Shown here: in pieces, positions 1 through 9,232 of the stretch | How positions within the stretch are numbered: position 1 is the first letter of the stretch | Layout: each line of letters begins with the position of its first letter | From: Synechococcus sp. A15-28 | GTDB lineage: Bacteria; Cyanobacteriota; Cyanobacteriia; PCC-6307; Cyanobiaceae | Length of the DNA stretch: 32,000 bases | Assembly: GCF_014280175.1 (NCBI RefSeq) | Contig: NZ_CP047931.1 | Coordinates: 2,100,001-2,132,000, forward strand | Direction: 5' to 3' | Notes under the pieces: generated by a model | The model's database searches: none | Told to the model about the DNA's origin: nothing | What the model saw: only the letters and a program-made list of their open reading frames with translations | Position numbers and translations under genes: made by a program

Positions 1-45
1 TCCGAGGAAAAGTTGAATCGCCACAGTCCTGTGGGATGAATCCAG

Positions 46-73
46 AAGCCGACCTGAAAAGGCCGGCTTTTTT
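46..73 (+). terminator. Rho-independent terminator of a gene upstream of the window
   Basis: AAGCCGACC-TGAAAA-GGCCGGCTT stem-loop (one internal mismatch) followed by a T run at 68-73. Confidence 0.75.
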
Positions 74-145
74 GTGGGTTGCTCTACAAATCAATTGCCA
101 GGAGCTCAGAAATATTTAGAGTATATATGTACGAATACGACTCAA

Positions 146-1321
146 ATGAAGTATCGCCTTCTCGGTAGGTCAGGACTACGCGTTTCCGAAATGTGCCTCG
201 GGTGTGGCACGCTCGGGACCAATTGGGGAGATTTAGGGGCCAATCAAGAAGAGTCCAATAAGATCCTCGAAGGCTTCGCCAATGCAGGTGGAAACTATCT
301 GGACACCTCAAACCGATATCAAGAATCGCAGTCAGAGCAGTGGGTCGGTGACTTCATTCAAAGAGAAAGAGATTTCTTTGTTGTCGGAACGAAATATTCC
401 CTGGGTGATGGCGCAGCAGATTTCAATGGTGTTGGCAAGCCAACCAATCAAAAAGACCCGAACAACCGCGGTAATCACCGCAAAAACCTGAGGCGATCGG
501 TGGAGGGCAGCTTGAAGCGCCTGAAAACTGATTACATCGACGTCCTTTGGCTTCACATCTGGGATTACACAACCCCATTTGATGAAATCGTCCTGAGTGT
601 CAATGATCTCATCAAAGAAGGCAAAGTCCTCTATGCAGGCTTGTCCAGTGTGCCTGCGTGGCAGGTCTCACGCATGAACACCTATGCCGATTATCACGGT
701 CTGCACCCGTTCATTGCACTACAAAATGAGTGGAGCCTGGTCGAGCGGTCGCACGAACCAGAATACCTGCCCATGTGCAAAGAACTCGACATTGGAATGA
801 CCTGCTGGTCCCCACTTCACGGTGGACTTTTATCGGGTAAATACACCACCGATTCCGTGGATCCCTCAATTCCGAATCGAGTACTACCGCACGTCAAGGA
901 CAGCAGTCAATTCTGGTACGAAGCAACCCAGAGGAACCTGGCCATCCTGAAAGAACTTCAACCCATCGTGGACGAAATTGGAGAGCCATGGACTGCATTT
1001 GCGCTGCGCTGGCTGATGCAACAAAAGGAGACCGTCACGATTCCGATTTTCTCAGTACGCACCGCTAAGCAACTCACTGATGCATTGCGAGCTACAGAAT
1101 TTGAACTCAGTGACGAACAAATGGCAAAAATCAATGCCATCTCATCACCTGCGATCACATCGCCGTACCCGGCCTTTGGCGCTTACCCATACACGATGCT
1201 TGAGTACGGAAGCCCAGCACTCCCCAACTTCTTCTCAAGGGCACTGCTTTATGGAGAGACCGAGGCAATGATTGAAAACCACCGTGTTCCTCATCCCTAT
1301 CAGTTTCAGATGGAGGGCTGA
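146..1321 (+). CDS. Aldo/keto reductase family oxidoreductase
   Basis: ORF with MKYRLLGRSGLRVSEMCLGCGTLG N-terminus, LDTSNRYQ catalytic Asp/Tyr region and VVGTKY; start chosen at the internal Met at 146 because upstream residues do not look like the family. Confidence 0.9.
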   Translation: MKYRLLGRSGLRVSEMCLGCGTLGTNWGDLGANQEESNKILEGFANAGGNYLDTSNRYQESQSEQWVGDFIQRERDFFVVGTKYSLGDGAADFNGVGKPTNQKDPNNRGNHRKNLRRSVEGSLKRLKTDYIDVLWLHIWDYTTPFDEIVLSVNDLIKEGKVLYAGLSSVPAWQVSRMNTYADYHGLHPFIALQNEWSLVERSHEPEYLPMCKELDIGMTCWSPLHGGLLSGKYTTDSVDPSIPNRVLPHVKDSSQFWYEATQRNLAILKELQPIVDEIGEPWTAFALRWLMQQKETVTIPIFSVRTAKQLTDALRATEFELSDEQMAKINAISSPAITSPYPAFGAYPYTMLEYGSPALPNFFSRALLYGETEAMIENHRVPHPYQFQMEG

Positions 1322-1415
1322 CCCGCCCAGCTGAATCCAGGACGTTTGTGGCGTTTTTCAGACTTTTTATCCTGCAGAGAAAAAAGCAGTAGAATTCCTC
1401 AAATGCTTATTTTAG

Positions 1416-2303
1416 ATGAAGCGGACTTCAGCAATCATTGCATGTCTTGCGACGTTTGCTTCACCTGCTCTTGCAGGAGAAGAGTCGGAATCCACAAATT
1501 GGCTGCCTGGCTCTCAACCCGCTGAGGCAGTCATTGAGGACTCCGAGTCTGAAATCACACCAGAACAGATTGCTGATCGAATTAAAGAGCTCGAAATTGA
1601 GCTGATCAAATTAAAGAAAGCCGCAGGCGTTTACGGAAAAGGCAAAAAGATTGCTTTGCCCAAAAACGGAATTTACGTACAGGCCGATATCGGGATACAA
1701 CAGCGTGAATGGTCAGGGGAAAATGGCAATACTCAGTTGTTCTTCAACGAGGGCCTCTACGGTGGTCTAGCTGTTGGCTATCGCTACGACCGCAATTTCC
1801 GTTTCGCGTTTGAATACTCTGAAATGAATAATGATGTCAGCGATATGCGAGCAGGTAATGGTGGCCAACTCTTCCGAGATCCTAAAAATAAAGATGTCAT
1901 TCTTCAGGATGGATCGTCTAAAGTTTCCGGTAATGGTGATGTAAAACTGCAAAGCTACACACTAAATGCATATTATGATCTGAATGGGTTTGGTCATGAA
2001 AGAAGGTTTAGGCCTTATCTAGGAGCAGGGATTGGTTTACAAACATCAACTTTGAAGGGTGTTACCCCCTCATTTTTCCCATTTGCCGGGTTAGGTGCCG
2101 AGGCTAATGGAGCCTCCACCGATCCTGTTATGACACTCGAAGCAGGTATCAGCTATCTCGCAACAGATCAAGCTGAGTTCTTTCTAGGTGGTAAATACTC
2201 ATTTGTAGACGGTTTTCTGCTAGAAAACACAGATTTTGGTAATTTGCAGCCTCAAGGAAGCCGTAACTGGATCCTGAAAACCGGTGTTCGCTATACCTTC
2301 TAA
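1416..2303 (+). CDS. Exported outer-membrane beta-barrel-like protein with N-terminal coiled-coil-like segment
   Basis: 295 aa; signal peptide MKRTSAIIACLATFASPALA; helical EITPEQIADRIKELEIELIKLKKA; alternating beta-rich barrel body; ends in ...TGVRYTF (C-terminal Phe typical of BAM substrates). Confidence 0.7.
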   Translation: MKRTSAIIACLATFASPALAGEESESTNWLPGSQPAEAVIEDSESEITPEQIADRIKELEIELIKLKKAAGVYGKGKKIALPKNGIYVQADIGIQQREWSGENGNTQLFFNEGLYGGLAVGYRYDRNFRFAFEYSEMNNDVSDMRAGNGGQLFRDPKNKDVILQDGSSKVSGNGDVKLQSYTLNAYYDLNGFGHERRFRPYLGAGIGLQTSTLKGVTPSFFPFAGLGAEANGASTDPVMTLEAGISYLATDQAEFFLGGKYSFVDGFLLENTDFGNLQPQGSRNWILKTGVRYTF

Positions 2304-2309
2304 TTCATA

Positions 2310-3350
2310 ATGAAATTACTTTCGTCTTTGTCAGATCGGGCCTGGAAACGGTCCCTAATGCTCAGCCTGCTTCTTGCCAGTCCTCTCGCCATTCAACCTG
2401 CTCATGCAGATGAATACTACATGTACGAGGATGAAATTGAATATGCTCTAGCGGAAAGGATCGAAAAAGAACGTCAAGATTTAGCATCTACTCGCGTGAG
2501 TGCCAATCCTGGATCCGATGATCCGACTCCTGCAGGCCAAAAAACAACATTTACAGATCCGCGTTTCTCGGGTGTTTTCAAGCTTGACTTCAAGTCTCAA
2601 TACATCTCATTCGGTGTTGTTTTACAAGATGAAGGTGTGACGATCCAGCCAATGCTGGCATTGCGATACACCTTCTTTGACAAGGTTCTTGACAATTCTG
2701 AAGACAGTTTCATTAATAATGTTACTGGCTTTATCTCATCCTGGAACGATATCAGCACCAATAAAGATCTCTCAAGCCCTACATCACCCTATCGTTACTA
2801 CACGGAAGCTGATTTGGTTACGGGTTTATCAGTCACCTTCCAAGATCGATTCAATCTGACGACCTCTCTCACTGAGCTTCAATCTCCGGCTGGTGCGTTC
2901 GGGCCTGGAGCATTCTTGAAAGCTGTTCTTTCAATGGATGACACGGGAATGGTTGTCGACAACTTTGCCTTGAAACCGCAATTCTTGTTGATCTACGAAA
3001 TTCCATGGGAGTCGCAGATTGGACTGCAGCCTGACGCCTTTCTTTTTGAGCCTGGCATTACACCCACTTATATTTTTGGGTCCGACACGAACTTCCCTGT
3101 CACTTTGGCAGTGCCAATGCGTGTTGGCCTCGGCAACAAGTTTTATGATGGCAATGATTATGGATTTTTCTCAGTGGGTCCAGAGTTTACGGTGCCAATT
3201 TCTGGTCTATCCAGTAAAACCATCAAAACGTATGCAAGCATTGGCTACACATATATCAATTTAGGCCCTACGACCACAGACTTTATTTTGAATGGTGATG
3301 GAAGCTCCAATAAGCATGTTTACAATTTTGGCCTAACGACCACCTTCTGA
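2310..3350 (+). CDS. Exported outer-membrane beta-barrel-like hypothetical protein
   Basis: 346 aa; signal peptide ...LMLSLLLASPLAIQPAHA; beta-rich, aromatic alternating segments; C-terminal ...NFGLTTTF; starts 6 nt after the end of the preceding OMP-like gene. Confidence 0.65.
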   Translation: MKLLSSLSDRAWKRSLMLSLLLASPLAIQPAHADEYYMYEDEIEYALAERIEKERQDLASTRVSANPGSDDPTPAGQKTTFTDPRFSGVFKLDFKSQYISFGVVLQDEGVTIQPMLALRYTFFDKVLDNSEDSFINNVTGFISSWNDISTNKDLSSPTSPYRYYTEADLVTGLSVTFQDRFNLTTSLTELQSPAGAFGPGAFLKAVLSMDDTGMVVDNFALKPQFLLIYEIPWESQIGLQPDAFLFEPGITPTYIFGSDTNFPVTLAVPMRVGLGNKFYDGNDYGFFSVGPEFTVPISGLSSKTIKTYASIGYTYINLGPTTTDFILNGDGSSNKHVYNFGLTTTF

Positions 3351-3379
3351 GCTATTTGTTTTAAATAGCCAATAAATAT

Positions 3380-3409
3380 AAGGGAGTGTTTATTAGCAAA
3401 CACACCCTT
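3380..3409. terminator. Bidirectional terminator between convergent genes
   Basis: AAGGGAGTGTTT-ATTAGC-AAACACACCCTT (12 bp stem with one mismatch), T-rich tail at 3410-3420 on + and A/T-rich flank on the other side; located between convergent stops 3350 and 3419. Confidence 0.85.
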
Positions 3410-3418
3410 ATTTTGTCT

Positions 3419-4939
3419 TTATAGACTGAACTGTTTCACAGCCGTGCTGGCAGCAGCGAAGATCGCCCCTTGTGGATTACCACTCGTCAGCGAAGGTAAA
3501 ACGGATCCATCTACAACGCTCAATTGCTCTACACCGCGAACACTGAAGTCTGGACGACACACCGCATCCTCCGATGCACCCACAGCACAGGTCCCAACTG
3601 GATGCCAGATGGTTGTTGCGTACTTTTTCAAATAGTCAGCATCAGCAAAATGATCAGCCGGACAGAGTTCCTCGGCGCAATAGGGCTTCATGGCATCTGA
3701 CGATGCAATCTGACGAACAATCTCAAGGCCCTTCTGATAAACCTGTAGATCCGTTGGATCCTCCAGATAAGCAGGATTGATATCGAAGGTCACACCCTCG
3801 TCAGAGCGTACAGGCCGGATGGAGCCACGGCTGCGAGGACGCCCAAGAACGGGGACGAAAATCACCGAATGCTCAAGACCACCCTCGGGCAGAAACTCCT
3901 CGGCCACAAACCCATCGACTCCAGCCGAGAAGTTGATTTGCAAATCAGTTTCTAGACCGGCATTCAAGCCAGAGCGTGTAAACAACGCAGCTTCACAAAG
4001 AAAATCGGTTGCACCCGGATCAGCCTCTGAGCGATAGGCCACCATCACTCGCATATGGTCTGAAAGGTTGCGTCCGACCATTGGACGATCAACTTTGACA
4101 GGAATGCCCGCCGATTCAAGTGAATCCTTGGGACCAACACCTGACTTCATCAACAAGCCTGGGCTTTGCAAGGCCCCGGCGCTGAGGATGACATGTTTTG
4201 TCTCCAGCGTTTCACCGGAGGAAAGTTGAACGCCGAGGCAGCGACCGTTCTCAATCAGTAACGACTGAACATTGCTATTGCAGCGCACAGTTAAATTGGC
4301 TGGAAGAACACCTCTTAAATATGCATTCGCAGTGCTTGAACGTTTGGCTTCAGCATCAATGATCAGCTGCATGTAGTCGCAACGGTCATTCTGCTGAGAA
4401 CCATTGAAGTCGGCACGCTGATAACCCAGTGCCTGACAGGCCTCAAGGAATGAACCCGACGCAGCACTTGGGCGAGGAGGATGATTAATGGACATCCGGC
4501 CATTTTTCCCACGGAGCACATCCTCCCCGTAGTCTCCTAGGCAATGTTCCAGCTCCTTGAACATTGCTTGAAATTGATCAGGAGACCAATTCGAATCACC
4601 ACCAGTTGTTTGATACCACTCCTCGAAATTAAAACGACTCCCACGCACATACATCATGGCATTGATTGCCGTTCCACCTCCAAGGACCTTGCCTTGATTA
4701 ATCAAAACTTCCCGGCCACCCAGGCCGACTTGTGGGGTGGTTTTTAACTGCCAGTCGGCTTCTGTGAACCATGATTGGAACAGATTTGAGATTCCGGACT
4801 CAACAAAGCGAGGCTCCTGACCGTCAGTTCCGGACTCCAAGAGCAAAACCTCACCTTGGCCTGCATCTGCAAGACCACGGGCCAAGATGCAACCAGCTGC
4901 TCCGGCTCCTACAATAATTGTGTCGAATCGCTGACTCAT
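3419..4939 (-). CDS. GMC-family FAD-dependent oxidoreductase (choline dehydrogenase-like)
   Basis: FDTIIVGAGAAGCILARGLA dinucleotide-binding motif, GGTAINAMMYVRG, LSAGALQSPGLLMKSG, TTIWHPVGTCAVG and C-terminal GNPQGAIFAAAS. Start placed at MSQRFDT (4939). Confidence 0.92.
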   Translation of the reverse strand: MSQRFDTIIVGAGAAGCILARGLADAGQGEVLLLESGTDGQEPRFVESGISNLFQSWFTEADWQLKTTPQVGLGGREVLINQGKVLGGGTAINAMMYVRGSRFNFEEWYQTTGGDSNWSPDQFQAMFKELEHCLGDYGEDVLRGKNGRMSINHPPRPSAASGSFLEACQALGYQRADFNGSQQNDRCDYMQLIIDAEAKRSSTANAYLRGVLPANLTVRCNSNVQSLLIENGRCLGVQLSSGETLETKHVILSAGALQSPGLLMKSGVGPKDSLESAGIPVKVDRPMVGRNLSDHMRVMVAYRSEADPGATDFLCEAALFTRSGLNAGLETDLQINFSAGVDGFVAEEFLPEGGLEHSVIFVPVLGRPRSRGSIRPVRSDEGVTFDINPAYLEDPTDLQVYQKGLEIVRQIASSDAMKPYCAEELCPADHFADADYLKKYATTIWHPVGTCAVGASEDAVCRPDFSVRGVEQLSVVDGSVLPSLTSGNPQGAIFAAASTAVKQFSL

Positions 4940-5039
4940 CGGGAGATAGTTGTATTTCCCTTCAGGTAGCAATGACCCCGGTCTGAGAGAAGTCTTATGT
5001 GAAAAATCGAAAAATTCATTTCGCGCTAGCTGTGCGGAT

Positions 5040-5963
5040 TTAAAGCAGCTGTCGCAACCGTTCGATCGTTTGATCCGCCAATGGCTGGTTCATTAACCGT
5101 TCCACTTCGCGCACGCCGGTGGGGCTGGTGACGTTGATTTCGCTGAGCATGCCGCCGATGACATCGATGCCGACAAAGAACAATCCCTCCGCCCGCAGCG
5201 CCGGGGCCAGGGCGGAACAGATCTGACGTTCCCGCTCGCTCAGTTCCGTCGCCTCGGCCTGGCCACCCACCGCCAGATTGCTGCGGAATTCCCCTGCCGA
5301 CGGGCGACGGTTCACAGCACCGAGAGGTTCACCATCCACCAGCAGGATCCGCTTGTCCCCCTCGGTCACATCGGGCAAAAAGCGCTGGGCCATCACCGGC
5401 AACCGCTCCTGTTCCGTCACCAACTCCAGCAACGCCTTCAGGCCTGGGGCCTCAGCCTGCACGCGAATCACACCGAGCCCGGCCCGACCACCCAGGGGCT
5501 TGAGCACCACGTCACCCTGATCCCGGGCGAAGGCCATCAGCTCGCTGACCCGACCGGCCACCAGGGTGGGGGCCATCCAACGGCTGAAGCGCAGGGCACC
5601 CAGCTTTTCGTTCCAGGCCCGAAGCGCACTGGGACGGTTCAATACACGAACGCCGGCCCGCTCAGCCACTTCCAACAGGTGTGTGGCGTAAAGGTAAGCC
5701 TCATCCACCGGCGGATCCTTCCGCATCCAGATCACGTCGAACCCAGCCAGGGACTGACGTTCCGGTGCTCCTACGGTGATCCAGGGGTCCGGCGTGACCG
5801 GCACCGCCATCGCCAGGGGCTCATCACCTCGGGCAATTAGATCCGACGGCGTACAGGCCCAGATGTCATCCCCGGCGCGCTGGGACGCTTGCATCAAGGC
5901 GGCGGTGGAATCCTTCTCCGGCCGGATCTGCGGCAGCGGATCCAGCACGAACAGCTGGCGCAT
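5040..5963 (-). CDS. gshB: Glutathione synthase
   Basis: [67 protein letters not shown] are hallmark GshB/ATP-grasp motifs. Confidence 0.96.
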   Translation of the reverse strand: MRQLFVLDPLPQIRPEKDSTAALMQASQRAGDDIWACTPSDLIARGDEPLAMAVPVTPDPWITVGAPERQSLAGFDVIWMRKDPPVDEAYLYATHLLEVAERAGVRVLNRPSALRAWNEKLGALRFSRWMAPTLVAGRVSELMAFARDQGDVVLKPLGGRAGLGVIRVQAEAPGLKALLELVTEQERLPVMAQRFLPDVTEGDKRILLVDGEPLGAVNRRPSAGEFRSNLAVGGQAEATELSERERQICSALAPALRAEGLFFVGIDVIGGMLSEINVTSPTGVREVERLMNQPLADQTIERLRQLL

Positions 5964-5966
5964 GGC

Positions 5967-6224
5967 TCAGGCGTTCAGCAGGGGATCGAGCTCTCCGGCA
6001 CGCTCAAGGGCGTGAAGGTCATCGCAGCCGCCGATGTGGCGGTCGTCGATAAAGATCTGAGGGACGCTGCGACGTCCGTCACCCCGGGCAGCCATCGCAT
6101 CGCGGCCGGGTTCATCACCGTCAACGGCGTGCTCGTTATAACCCACACCCTTGCGGTCCAGCAGACCCTTGGCGCGCACACAGAAGGGACAGGTGCGCCA
6201 GGTGTAGATCTCGACCTTGGCCAT
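5967..6224 (-). CDS. grxC: Glutaredoxin 3
   Basis: [45 protein letters not shown]. Confidence 0.95.
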   Translation of the reverse strand: MAKVEIYTWRTCPFCVRAKGLLDRKGVGYNEHAVDGDEPGRDAMAARGDGRRSVPQIFIDDRHIGGCDDLHALERAGELDPLLNA

Positions 6225-6299
6225 GGAGCTGCTCCGTCTGTGCGGATCCTATGCAGCGGCGGCACTGATAGCGTCAACAACTGATCAGAACCGCAGTCC

Positions 6300-7428
6300 T
6301 TGCTGGATCTCACCGACTTCAAGCGCGATCTCTCCGAGCTCACTGACCGCCTGGGCCATGCCCAGGACTGTCTTTGACGTCCCCGCACTGAAGGCCAGAC
6401 AACAGGATCTCGAACAACTCGCTGCCCAGCCTGACTTCTGGGATGACCAGCAGGCTGCCCAGAAGCAGATGCGCCGCCTCGATGAAGTGAAGGCCCAGCT
6501 GCAGCAGCTGGCGGACTGGGGCAGCGCCGTGGACGACGCCAAGGCAACGCTGGAGCTTTACGAGCTCGAGCCGGACGAGGAGATGCTCACGGAAGCCCAG
6601 GAGGGCCTCACACAGCTGCGCCAGGGCCTGGACCGCTGGGAGCTGGAGCGTCTGCTCAGTGGTGACTACGACAAGGAAGGCGCCGTTCTCACCATCAATG
6701 CCGGCGCCGGTGGCACCGATGCCCAGGACTGGGCGCAGATGCTGCTGCGCATGTACACCCGCTGGGCGGAAGACCACGGCATGAAGGTGACCGTGAACGA
6801 ACTCTCGGAAGGAGAGGAAGCCGGAATCAAGAGCGCTTCCATCGAGGTGGAGGGGCGTTATGCCTACGGCTATCTGCGCAACGAAAAGGGCACCCATCGC
6901 CTGGTGCGCATCTCACCCTTCAACGCCAACGACAAACGCCAGACCAGCTTTGCCGGCATCGAGGTGATGCCCAAAATTGATGAGGAGGTCGACATCGAGA
7001 TTCCTGAAAAGGATCTGGAGGTCACCACCAGCCGCTCCGGCGGTGCTGGTGGTCAGAACGTGAACAAGGTGGAGACCGCGGTTCGCATCCTGCACATCCC
7101 CACTGGACTGGCGGTGCGCTGCACCCAGGAACGCTCCCAGCTCCAGAACAAGGAGAAGGCGATGGCGCTGCTCAAGGCCAAGCTGCTGGTGATCGCCCAG
7201 GAGCAGAGAGCCGCCGAAATCGCCGACATCCGAGGCGACATCGTCGAGGCGGCCTGGGGCAACCAGATCCGCAACTACGTCTTCCATCCGTACCAGATGG
7301 TCAAAGACCTGCGCACCAGTGAGGAAACCAATGATGTGCAGGCGGTGATGGATGGGGCCCTCGACCCCTTCATCGACGCCTCGTTGCGCCAGGGTGTCGA
7401 CAGCCCCGGCTCTGACGCCGATTCCTGA
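6300..7428 (+). CDS. prfB: Peptide chain release factor 2, expressed by programmed +1 frameshift
   Basis: Frame 0 from TTG 6300: [25 protein letters not shown] then CTT TGA C; +1 frame continues as [15 protein letters not shown]... Contains SPF (RISPFNAND) and GGQ ([16 protein letters not shown]) motifs of RF2. The track ORF start at 6217 is spurious. Confidence 0.93.
6364..6378 (+). promoter_or_regulatory. RF2 autoregulatory +1 frameshift site (AGGA ... CTT TGA C)
   Basis: Sequence AGGACTGTCTTTGAC; in-frame UGA at 6375-6377 preceded by slippery CTT and a short SD-like AGGA at 6364-6367. Confidence 0.92.
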
Positions 7429-7432
7429 CCCC

Positions 7433-7597
7433 ATGGCCACCGAGAGCACCCCACCACCGAGCTTCGTCAAACAGGCGATGCGCAACATGGTGCGCAAGGG
7501 CAGCAAGAGCCTGTTTCACTTCGGCCTGACCGCCATGGGATTCCTCGGCTTCATCACCCTGGTGGCATGGCTGGGGCGGCCGACGCTGCCGGGATAG
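7433..7597 (+). CDS. Small conserved cyanobacterial membrane protein (DUF3285-like)
   Basis: MATESTPPPSFVKQAMRNMVRKGSKSLFHFGLTAMGFLGFITLVAWLGRPTLPG; 54 aa with one TM segment, start 5 nt after the end of prfB. Confidence 0.8.
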   Translation: MATESTPPPSFVKQAMRNMVRKGSKSLFHFGLTAMGFLGFITLVAWLGRPTLPG

Positions 7598-7599
7598 CC

Positions 7600-8157
7600 A
7601 TGGAGCTTGATCTGGCCCTTGATGCTGACGGCCCCTGGGCCCCTGAAGACCCGACGTCACTGGCGGAGCTTCAGACCTGGCAGACAACCTTGATGGATTG
7701 GATCCAGACGATCGGTGCCGACCCTGCGCTGCCCTGTCCGGCGGTGGTGCGCCAGGCAGATGAACTGTGCCTGGGGCTGCGCTTCACCGACGATGCCACC
7801 ATCACCGCGCTCAACAGCACCTGGCGGCACCGGAACCAAGCCACGGATGTGCTGTCGTTTGCGGCACTGGAGGATGCCCCTGCGTTGCCGGACGTGTCGT
7901 CGGTGGAACTGGGCGACATCGTGATCTCGCTTGATACGGCCCGACGTCAGGCGTCAGAGCAGCAGCACAGCCTCAACCGGGAGCTGCGTTGGCTGGTGAG
8001 CCATGGCCTGTTGCATCTGCTGGGCTGGGATCATCCCGACGAGACCAGCCTCACCGCGATGCTGCAACTGCAGGAGCAGCTTCTCGACGGTGGAGGTAAC
8101 GTTCAGGCCTCGGAGCTGCATCCGGTGGACACCACAGTTGACGGCAATGCCCGCTGA
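7600..8157 (+). CDS. ybeY: Endoribonuclease YbeY (rRNA maturation)
   Basis: Zn-binding HGLLHLLGWDHPDE motif, TDVLSF-like region; ATG at 7600. Confidence 0.93.
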   Translation: MELDLALDADGPWAPEDPTSLAELQTWQTTLMDWIQTIGADPALPCPAVVRQADELCLGLRFTDDATITALNSTWRHRNQATDVLSFAALEDAPALPDVSSVELGDIVISLDTARRQASEQQHSLNRELRWLVSHGLLHLLGWDHPDETSLTAMLQLQEQLLDGGGNVQASELHPVDTTVDGNAR

Positions 8158-8593
8158 GATCCCAGTGCCGGTGGAGAACGAACTCAAGGCCGTCAGGTTG
8201 GCGGTACGACGCCGCAGCTGGCAGATCGCTGGAGACTTGCCCGCCAGCTTCCGTTATGCCGCTCAGGGGCTGGGCTACGCCTTCAGCAGCCAGCGCAATT
8301 TCCGCATCCATGTGGTGATCGGCGCGGTTGTCTTCGGACTGGCGGTTGTGCTGCAGCTGGACCTGATCCGCATGGCGGTGCTGGCGCTGACGGTGACGGC
8401 CGTGCTGGTGCTGGAACTGCTCAACACCGCCATCGAGGCGGTGGTGGATCTGGCCATCGGTCGTCGCTATCACCCCCTGGCCCGCATTGCCAAGGACTGT
8501 GCCGCCGCTGCCGTGCTGGTGGCCGCCATCAGCTCTCTGCTGATCGCCCTGTTTCTGCTGCTGCCACCCTTGCTGCTCCGCCTGAATTTCTGA
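8147..8593 (+). CDS. dgkA: Diacylglycerol/undecaprenol kinase family membrane protein
   Basis: [22 protein letters not shown]... and [14 protein letters not shown]...[16 protein letters not shown] motifs. Confidence 0.9.
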   Translation: MPAEIPVPVENELKAVRLAVRRRSWQIAGDLPASFRYAAQGLGYAFSSQRNFRIHVVIGAVVFGLAVVLQLDLIRMAVLALTVTAVLVLELLNTAIEAVVDLAIGRRYHPLARIAKDCAAAAVLVAAISSLLIALFLLLPPLLLRLNF

Positions 8594-8603
8594 GGTCGCG
8601 CCG

Positions 8604-9206
8604 ATGCTGCTGGTCATCGATAACTACGACAGCTTCACCTTCAACCTGGTGCAGTACCTCGGTGAGCTGGCACCTCATCACCCCATCGCAGCGGACCTCC
8701 AGGTGCACCGCAATGACGCCCTCACCATCACCGAGATTCGAGACCTGAAGCCCGACGCCATTCTGCTGTCACCGGGCCCTGGTGATCCGGACCAGTCCGG
8801 CGTCTGCCTGGAGGTGCTGCGGGATCTGTCCCCCACCATTCCCACCCTTGGGGTTTGCCTCGGGCACCAGGCCATCGCCCAGGTGCATGGCGGCCGCGTC
8901 ATTCGTGCCAGCCAACAGATGCACGGCAAAACATCTCCGGTCCTGCACAACGGTGAAGGGGTGTTCGCCGGACTGCCTCAGCCCCTGACGGCCACCCGCT
9001 ACCACTCCCTGATCGCTGAACGCAGCTCACTGCCGGACTGCCTGGAGGTCACGGCCTGGTTGGAGGACGGCACGATCATGGGGCTGCGTCACCGTGAGCA
9101 TCGCCATCTGCAGGGGGTGCAGTTCCATCCCGAGAGCGTGCTGACGGACTCCGGCCACCAACTGCTGGCCAACTTTCTGCAGGAAGCCAGCGGAGAACGC
9201 TGTTAG
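8604..9206 (+). CDS. pabA: Anthranilate/aminodeoxychorismate synthase component II (glutamine amidotransferase)
   Basis: [52 protein letters not shown]. Confidence 0.92.
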   Translation: MLLVIDNYDSFTFNLVQYLGELAPHHPIAADLQVHRNDALTITEIRDLKPDAILLSPGPGDPDQSGVCLEVLRDLSPTIPTLGVCLGHQAIAQVHGGRVIRASQQMHGKTSPVLHNGEGVFAGLPQPLTATRYHSLIAERSSLPDCLEVTAWLEDGTIMGLRHREHRHLQGVQFHPESVLTDSGHQLLANFLQEASGERC

Positions 9207-9232
9207 CGTCCGAACTCACATCAACGCCAACC

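Noticed and set aside
21-34. Short palindrome CCACAGTCCTGTGG upstream of the first terminator
   Set aside because: Only 5-6 bp with a minimal loop; too short to interpret without the upstream sequence outside the window.
6217-6299. Track-defined N-terminus of prfB ([24 protein letters not shown]...)
   Set aside because: Overlaps the grxC start region and is out of frame with the conserved RF2 leader; replaced by the TTG 6300 start plus +1 frameshift.
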